Below are positions 37,988-43,438 of a DNA stretch of 64,000 bases, one piece after another; the stretch's first letter is position 1; every line of letters starts with the position of its first letter. The stretch is from an uncultured bacterium (GTDB taxonomy: Bacteria; Planctomycetota; UBA1135; GCA-002686595): contig CALEMP010000021.1 of NCBI GenBank assembly GCA_937910685.1, positions 53,428 to 117,427 on the forward strand, in the 5' to 3' direction. Under the pieces are notes generated by a model that was given only the letters and a program-made list of their open reading frames with translations, had not been told where the DNA came from and made no database searches. Position numbers and translations under genes: made by a program.

Positions 37988-40900
37988 GATAAGCCTGATA
38001 CTCATGAGGTTGAAGGTGACCTCGACCTGTTCCGACTGTTCACTTATGGCTCCATGATAGGTGACCCCCCACAAGCGGGCGACCTGATACGGTCGGAAGT
38101 GGGCACCCTTGAAGGACACCACATCGCGTACAACCGCATGAGTGAAAACCGGGAGTCCCTGGTGATGGGGACAGAGCCGGGAGGGAAGATCGTGGGGGTA
38201 CTTCACGAGTACCCCGTGACCGTTGCTCAAAAAGTGTTGGGATCGGTTGATCGTCGTGAGGGCTTTCGTCCTGACCGGGAAAGGGCGAAGAACAGTTACA
38301 CCCGTACCCCGGTGGTGGTCAAAACCAAGGGTGGTGAGGAAGTGTGGGCGCTGGCCTTCCTCTCCAACCCAGAGCATCCCTCGTACTTCAAGCCCCTGAG
38401 TGTGGCTCAAGCGGTCAAGCAACTCAGCGGGGACGAGGATGGTGCGAAGAAAGGGCGGCGCTACCTGCGGTCCCTGCGACGATTCATGGAGCAGTACGAC
38501 ATTCAGGATGACTACATCATGGGCATCCTGGAAGGGATCGGCTCAAAACCGGACAAGGAGGCCACGGTGAGCACCGGGGCACTGAACCGACGCCACATGG
38601 AGGCATCGAACCACCGGCGGTCCATGGCCCTGGTGAAGTGGCTCTCCGACCTGGCCCGCAAGCTGGGGGTGGGTGAGCACGTCTACGTGGTGGGGGGTGC
38701 CGTTCGGAACTTTGTCCTGAACGCCCCCATCAAGGACATCGACGTGATGATCGACTCGGTCGCCCTGCGTGGCCGGGACAGCGAGTGGTTCGCCAAGGAG
38801 ATCCTCAAGGCGGCCCCGGTGGACATCAACCTCACCACCAACAACTACGGCGTGGCCCTGCTCCATGTGAACGAGGAGTGGATCGTCGGGGGCGAAGACC
38901 TCAAGGGCGAGGACATCGAGATCGCCACCGCCCGCAAGGAGTCCTACGGGGGCGATGGCGGCAAGGGGTACAAGCCGCACCTGGTGGAACCCGCGACGGC
39001 TGCCGAGGATGTGTGCCGCCGGGAGTTCACCTTCAACTGCCTGATGTGGCGACTGCACGACCTGGCCAACGGCCCGGACAAGGCGGAGATCGTCGACCTG
39101 ACCGGGTGCGGGATCTCCGACCTGGCCGAGGGCGTCATGCGATGCCCCTCCGACCCGGACAAGACCTTCTCGGACGACCCCAGCCGCATGGTCCGGGCCA
39201 TCAAGTTCCTGGTGAAGTACGGCTTCCGCATCGACGGGGAGGTGCAAGCCTCCATCAAGCGCAACAAGGCGAAGCTGAAGAACATCCCGCCGTCGCACCT
39301 GGGCTCCATGCTCCTGGACTTCGTCCTCAAGGAGTCCACCGCGACCAAGGCCCTCACGGAGATGGACCGGCTGGGGCTGCTCGACGTCCTCAAGGAGGTC
39401 ATCCAGAAGGACAAGGGCCTGCGGAACACGCTGGCGAACCACGGGGACAGCAGCAACGTCGCCCACATGTTCGTGCTCATGGACTTCGGCCTCCCGTCAG
39501 GGAAGCAGCTGGGGTTCCTGAACCCCCGACAGGTGCAGCGGGTCCGCGACATCACCGTGGAGATGACCGCGTCCGAGGCCAAGGAGTACGTCGCCAACCT
39601 CAACCAGCCGAAGCTGGACAACCGCGCCCTCATGCAGGAGTTCGACCTCAAGGGTGCTGGGATGGGCCAGGTGAAGACGCTGGCCCGCGAGGCCATGCTC
39701 GACAACCACCTGCTCGCCTTCCACCAGGGCAAGCTCACCCAGGCGGTGCGTCGGGCACTGGGCGGGGGCCGCCGTGCGGCATCCTCGGATGTGCAGTACA
39801 TCGGGGTCGTCCTCGACCCCATGGACACGCAGAAGCTGATCCGTCGCTACGGGCAGCTGCACCCCGAACGGCACGCCCACCACATGACGGTGTGGCACTT
39901 CAGGGATTCTTCAGAGGCCCCCCTGCGCCTCCCCTGGGGCCGCACGGTCGACCTGAAGGTCAAGGCCCACCTGGCCGACGACAAGGCCCAGGTCGTGGTC
40001 GTGGACCCGCCCAGGGCGCTTCGCTCGAAGGGGCGGACATCTCACATCACGGTGTCCACCAGCAGCGGCGTCGGCCCGAAGTACAGCAACGACCTGATCC
40101 GCAAGTGGGAGGAGATCCCGGCGGAATCGACTCACCCCACGGTGAGCGGCAAGGTGGCCTGGGTGGACCTGGCGGGGAAGACGCACTTCATGGCACCCCC
40201 GGAGGGGCGTGTTGCCTCGCGGGATGACAGCGAGGGGGACCGTCGCGCACGCCTTCAGGCGGCCAAGCAGTTCCCCGCCAACCTGCTCCCGAACGTCCAC
40301 ACGGTCGTCCCCGCGAAGTACATGGACAAGGTCCCCTACTGGGACGGCATGAAGGAGATCGCGGTCTACCGCAGCGTCCCCGAGGGGATCACGGAGATCC
40401 GACCCGGCGACTGGGTGACCCTGACCAGGAGCTACGCCCGGATCCATGGTCGGGGCACCATCCTGAGCAAGAAGGTGCCCGTGGGCCACGTCTACTGGGC
40501 GGGCACGGACATGAACGAGTGGTTCTACACGCCGGTCGGATCCGGTCGGGTGGCATCGCACACCGAGGTGGTGGTTCAGGGTGGGGGCAAGGAGCGGACG
40601 TTCACCGTCCCCGACTCCTCGGTCCCTCTCCTGCTGGGCGGCCTGCCCGAGGACGCCATCGGACGTGTGGCCGCCCGCTACGCCTCCACGCTGGTCCTGG
40701 ACCATGGGGGGGTGGACACCCGGCACGATGTCCCCGACGACTCCATGCCCCTGCTCTTCAACGCGACCTTCGCGGACGCGGTGAAGGGGGACAGCGAGGT
40801 GGTGGTTGCGGTGGAGCACCTGGTCGAGCGCAAGACGGCCTCGGACGGACCTCGCTACATGCAGGGCAAGCCCCACATGGCGGTCTACAAGAAGCTCTAC

Positions 40901-43438
40901 GACTGGATGCTGACACTGGCCCGGTCGAAGCACCCTGGATCAGGCCGGGCCTACGACCGGATCCAGGTGACCCTCATCGACAACGTGGACCAGGGTGCCC
41001 GGCGGGATCGGCCCGTGGACATGGGCCATCTCAAGCGGTACCTCGCGCAGGCTGTGGAGGCCATGCAGGGGGCCGAGGACTCCAAGGATGTCCGAGTGGT
41101 CGCTGAGATGGCGGCAGTCCTGCGGACAGGACGAATGGCGAAGGTGAACCTGCCCGCGTTGGTCGCGGAGTTCCTCAAGTCCCCGGCGGGGAGCTACCCG
41201 GACCCGATGTCCTGTTCGGACACCAAGGGCCGCTGTGACGGGGTGGCTACCAGGCTCTGCGAGTTCCTGGCGGAGCGTGGGGTGCCCTGCGAGGTGTGGG
41301 AAGGTACGGGCCTGATCCCCCCTCTCGGGAAGGACGCCCACAAGGAGTGGCTGGAGTTCGCGGGCGACCAGCAGAAGTTCCTGTTCCATGTCGTTGCAAG
41401 GGTGGGGAACAAGGTCGTGGATCTGACAGGTGCCCAGTATGGGGCGGCATTTGCGACCCCATACATCAAGCCGTTCTCTGTGTTCAAAGCCCAATGGAAG
41501 AAGGTGAGGCGGTCGCCCATGAGTAAGAGTGCAGATAGGGTTGCCCTTCGCTTCTTGCGTCAAGGATCCAAGCTGGTCTGGAGGTTCAAGGGTTCACAGA
41601 ACCCCTGGGAGCTTGCAACCAGGGCCGGGATCTACGTGTCCCGAGACAAAGAGTTCAAGGCGGGTTACCAGGAGGAAGGCCAACTGGTAGCCGCCCTGTT
41701 CACAAGCGTGAGCGAAGAATGCTTCTCCTTCGATATCGTGGTGGACCCTAACCATCAACGCAAAGGTTACGGGGCCAAGCTTCTTGAGCTTGCCATCGAC
41801 GAGTATGATGAGTTGCTCGACCCCTTCCCGGACATGGTCTTCTGCATTGATGCCGTGAATCCGGTGATGGTTCGTATGCTCAAATCCAAGGGCTTTGAAG
41901 AGACCGGTAAAGAGCAGGGTCACACCCTGATGACCCGACGTGCTTCCAAATTCAAAGACAAGAAGGAGGTGCCCAAAGCAGATGGCAAGGGCACAACCAC
42001 GGTCTATGAGTACAGCGAGAAGCAAGTCCAACATCGCAATCGGGAGAAGGCCAAACGGGTTGAGAAACTCCGCAAGGGGATGTCGGATCTGCGAGCGAAG
42101 TACCGCTCCGACCTGACCAGCAAGGACGACCTCACACGCTATACGGCGTTGGTGGTGGCCCTCATTGATGAAACCTTTGAGCGGGTGGGGAACGAGGGCT
42201 CCGCTAAGGATGGACACTTCGGGGTCACCGGCTGGCGTAAGAAACACATCACCCTGAGTGGGTCGAAGGCAACCATCAAGTACGTCGGCAAGAGCGGCGT
42301 CAGTCAGAGCAAGACGGTCACCGATAAGGGCATCCTGAGTGCTTTGAAGGCTGCTCTAGAGGGCAAGGGGCCAGAGGATCCACTGTGCGAAGGCGACGAG
42401 TGCCGTGTAACTGCCGAGGACGTCAACAAGTACCTCAAAGGCTTCGGGGTGACAGCGAAGGATCTTCGCGGCTTCCACGCCAACAGCGAGATGCAGAAGC
42501 GTCTCAAGGCCATCCGGTCGGGCAAGCTCCCGGAAGACAAGAAGGAGAGGGAGGAGAAGCTCAAGGCGGAGTTCAACAAAGCCCTGGAGGAGACGGCAGC
42601 GGAAGTGGGTCATGAGGCGGCGACCCTCAAGAGCCAATACCTGGTCCCCGGTCTAGAGGACGAGTTCCTCAAGGATGGCACGGTGAGCGAGGGGTTGAAC
42701 AAGCAGGCCGGGGCGTCCCGCAGAGACCTCCTGGATGCCCTGGACCACATGAGTGACAATGCTGGTCGCACCCTACGACTGGCAGATTTCGATGTGTCCC
42801 CTGTCAAGACGGTCAAGCTGGACGACCTCTATGACTATGATGATATCGACAGCTGGGCTGAATTTAGTGAGGGGGAGTTGGCTGACCTGGACCCGGAAGA
42901 AGAACTTGAGGCTGAACTGGAAGGCTTCCGTGGTGCAAGCTGGGCACGTCGGGCTATGACCTGGGTGAAAGCCGGAACGGTGCCGCCCGTAGTGGTTGTA
43001 GAGGCCCAGGAAGCAGTGGGCATTGGGGATGGGCGAGGGCGAATCACACTCGCCCTCGGTATGGGCTGGAGTCAGGTACCAATGGTCAAGTTGACTGAGA
43101 AGACCCACAAGCAAGCCGTCATTCGCGGGGTTCTTCGCACTTTGCTTCAGAAGGCCGACCAGATCAGCGCTGTGTTCGATTGGGGCGTGGCTGAGATGAA
43201 CGGTGTGACAAGCGATCCAGATGACAAGCTTGGTGGTGGTGTCCTGGGTTACGTGTACCGGGTCGGTCGGAACTGGTTCAGCGTCAAGCCTGGGGACCGT
43301 AGCCCCTCACACAGGCAGAGCTTGAGAGATGGTGTCGCTAGCATCCGTCGTGAGGCATGGCGGTCTGTCGGGGTCAACCAGGACAGCGTGAGCAGGGTTG
43401 CTTCGCGTTACCTTCAGCAGTGGGGGTACCCAGGGTGA
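37178..43438 (+). CDS. 2086-aa multi-domain polyvalent protein (probable virion-packaged effector)
   Basis: A single uninterrupted ORF directly after the portal gene. At least eight recognisable catalytic or DNA-binding domains are listed as separate features below. Confidence 0.85.
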   Translation: MGFSRTACVIAGGTWGGKPSLLKIRDRNYTPRVKLIRDLVKGVEAVYICDVTTEWIEGLNEYGIGVVSSALLVVDDETEKKEAKKSRDGDLILEVLGQKTLKAAVRKAVANKISGHTLVSDGKEIWAVEYDPDEAPEPVARCFEKDELVVRTNHGVFLENAGYTTGADKDSSHERRQKATTTLKKVKSPEDIAPSLIHVRRKNREHPNNVIRDTDKMSTSSQMVLIPGDLEVLFYPIPGRVDFLGLEDRLPKGRKGKVKVRVFHYSDLAADKPDTHEVEGDLDLFRLFTYGSMIGDPPQAGDLIRSEVGTLEGHHIAYNRMSENRESLVMGTEPGGKIVGVLHEYPVTVAQKVLGSVDRREGFRPDRERAKNSYTRTPVVVKTKGGEEVWALAFLSNPEHPSYFKPLSVAQAVKQLSGDEDGAKKGRRYLRSLRRFMEQYDIQDDYIMGILEGIGSKPDKEATVSTGALNRRHMEASNHRRSMALVKWLSDLARKLGVGEHVYVVGGAVRNFVLNAPIKDIDVMIDSVALRGRDSEWFAKEILKAAPVDINLTTNNYGVALLHVNEEWIVGGEDLKGEDIEIATARKESYGGDGGKGYKPHLVEPATAAEDVCRREFTFNCLMWRLHDLANGPDKAEIVDLTGCGISDLAEGVMRCPSDPDKTFSDDPSRMVRAIKFLVKYGFRIDGEVQASIKRNKAKLKNIPPSHLGSMLLDFVLKESTATKALTEMDRLGLLDVLKEVIQKDKGLRNTLANHGDSSNVAHMFVLMDFGLPSGKQLGFLNPRQVQRVRDITVEMTASEAKEYVANLNQPKLDNRALMQEFDLKGAGMGQVKTLAREAMLDNHLLAFHQGKLTQAVRRALGGGRRAASSDVQYIGVVLDPMDTQKLIRRYGQLHPERHAHHMTVWHFRDSSEAPLRLPWGRTVDLKVKAHLADDKAQVVVVDPPRALRSKGRTSHITVSTSSGVGPKYSNDLIRKWEEIPAESTHPTVSGKVAWVDLAGKTHFMAPPEGRVASRDDSEGDRRARLQAAKQFPANLLPNVHTVVPAKYMDKVPYWDGMKEIAVYRSVPEGITEIRPGDWVTLTRSYARIHGRGTILSKKVPVGHVYWAGTDMNEWFYTPVGSGRVASHTEVVVQGGGKERTFTVPDSSVPLLLGGLPEDAIGRVAARYASTLVLDHGGVDTRHDVPDDSMPLLFNATFADAVKGDSEVVVAVEHLVERKTASDGPRYMQGKPHMAVYKKLYDWMLTLARSKHPGSGRAYDRIQVTLIDNVDQGARRDRPVDMGHLKRYLAQAVEAMQGAEDSKDVRVVAEMAAVLRTGRMAKVNLPALVAEFLKSPAGSYPDPMSCSDTKGRCDGVATRLCEFLAERGVPCEVWEGTGLIPPLGKDAHKEWLEFAGDQQKFLFHVVARVGNKVVDLTGAQYGAAFATPYIKPFSVFKAQWKKVRRSPMSKSADRVALRFLRQGSKLVWRFKGSQNPWELATRAGIYVSRDKEFKAGYQEEGQLVAALFTSVSEECFSFDIVVDPNHQRKGYGAKLLELAIDEYDELLDPFPDMVFCIDAVNPVMVRMLKSKGFEETGKEQGHTLMTRRASKFKDKKEVPKADGKGTTTVYEYSEKQVQHRNREKAKRVEKLRKGMSDLRAKYRSDLTSKDDLTRYTALVVALIDETFERVGNEGSAKDGHFGVTGWRKKHITLSGSKATIKYVGKSGVSQSKTVTDKGILSALKAALEGKGPEDPLCEGDECRVTAEDVNKYLKGFGVTAKDLRGFHANSEMQKRLKAIRSGKLPEDKKEREEKLKAEFNKALEETAAEVGHEAATLKSQYLVPGLEDEFLKDGTVSEGLNKQAGASRRDLLDALDHMSDNAGRTLRLADFDVSPVKTVKLDDLYDYDDIDSWAEFSEGELADLDPEEELEAELEGFRGASWARRAMTWVKAGTVPPVVVVEAQEAVGIGDGRGRITLALGMGWSQVPMVKLTEKTHKQAVIRGVLRTLLQKADQISAVFDWGVAEMNGVTSDPDDKLGGGVLGYVYRVGRNWFSVKPGDRSPSHRQSLRDGVASIRREAWRSVGVNQDSVSRVASRYLQQWGYPG
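38024..38377 (+). other. domain: gamma-glutamyl cyclotransferase / AIG2-like
   Basis: 'LFTYGSMIGD' (YGS[LM] motif), 'GTLEGHHIAYN', 'VDRREGF...SYTRTPVVVKT'. Confidence 0.65.
38630..39757 (+). other. domain: CCA-adding enzyme / poly(A) polymerase-family nucleotidyltransferase
   Basis: 'VYVVGGAVRNFVLNAPIKDIDVMI' (GGxVR..DxD), 'CRREFTFNCLMW' (RRDFTIN-like), 'DDPSRMVRAIKFLVKYGF' (EDPLRxLRAxRF-like). Confidence 0.8.
39785..40132 (+). other. domain: 2H phosphoesterase (CPDase/LigT/CNPase-like)
   Basis: Two H-x-T-x motifs, 'HHMTVWHF' and 'TSHITVSTSSGVGPKYSNDLI', 55 aa apart. Confidence 0.7.
41195..41497 (+). other. domain: transglutaminase-like / papain-fold Cys-His-Asp core
   Basis: 'GRCDGVATRLCEFLAERGVPCEVWEGTG' ... 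'FLFHVVARVGNKVVDLTGAQYG'. Confidence 0.5.
41585..41947 (+). other. domain: GNAT N-acetyltransferase
   Basis: 'VAALFTSVSEECFSFDIVVDPNHQRKGYGAKLLELAIDEY...AVNPVMVRMLKSKGFEE'. Confidence 0.65.
42125..42667 (+). other. domain: type IB topoisomerase catalytic domain
   Basis: 'ALIDETFERVGNEGSAKDGHFGVTGWRKKHITL', 'IKYVGKSGVSQ', 'VTAKDLRGFHAN', 'EVGHEAATLKSQYLVP'. This is an Arg-Lys-Arg-His-Tyr set in canonical order. Confidence 0.7.
42725..43102 (+). other. domain: ParB/sulfiredoxin-fold (ParB N-terminal-like)
   Basis: 'VKLDDLYDYD...', 'AVGIGDGRGRITLALGMGWSQVPMVKL'. Arg sits where most family members have His. Confidence 0.5.

Noticed and set aside
40607-40770. Possible internal repeat 'VPDSSVPLLLGG' / 'VPDDSMPLLFNA' in the unassigned middle of the polyvalent protein
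   Set aside because: The similarity is limited to about 12 residues and the surrounding ~40 aa do not align convincingly by eye. It needs a formal repeat test before being reported.
38543-41563. Cluster of long alternative-frame ORFs (38785..40227 + 480 aa; 38543..39466 -; 38944..39828 -; 39911..40933 -; 40940..41563 -)
   Set aside because: All fall inside the GC3-rich island of the 2086-aa ORF. They are Arg/Pro/Gly-dominated with no motifs, while the main frame carries clear nucleotidyltransferase and 2H motifs. They are treated as compositional artefacts, and are used only as evidence for the island.
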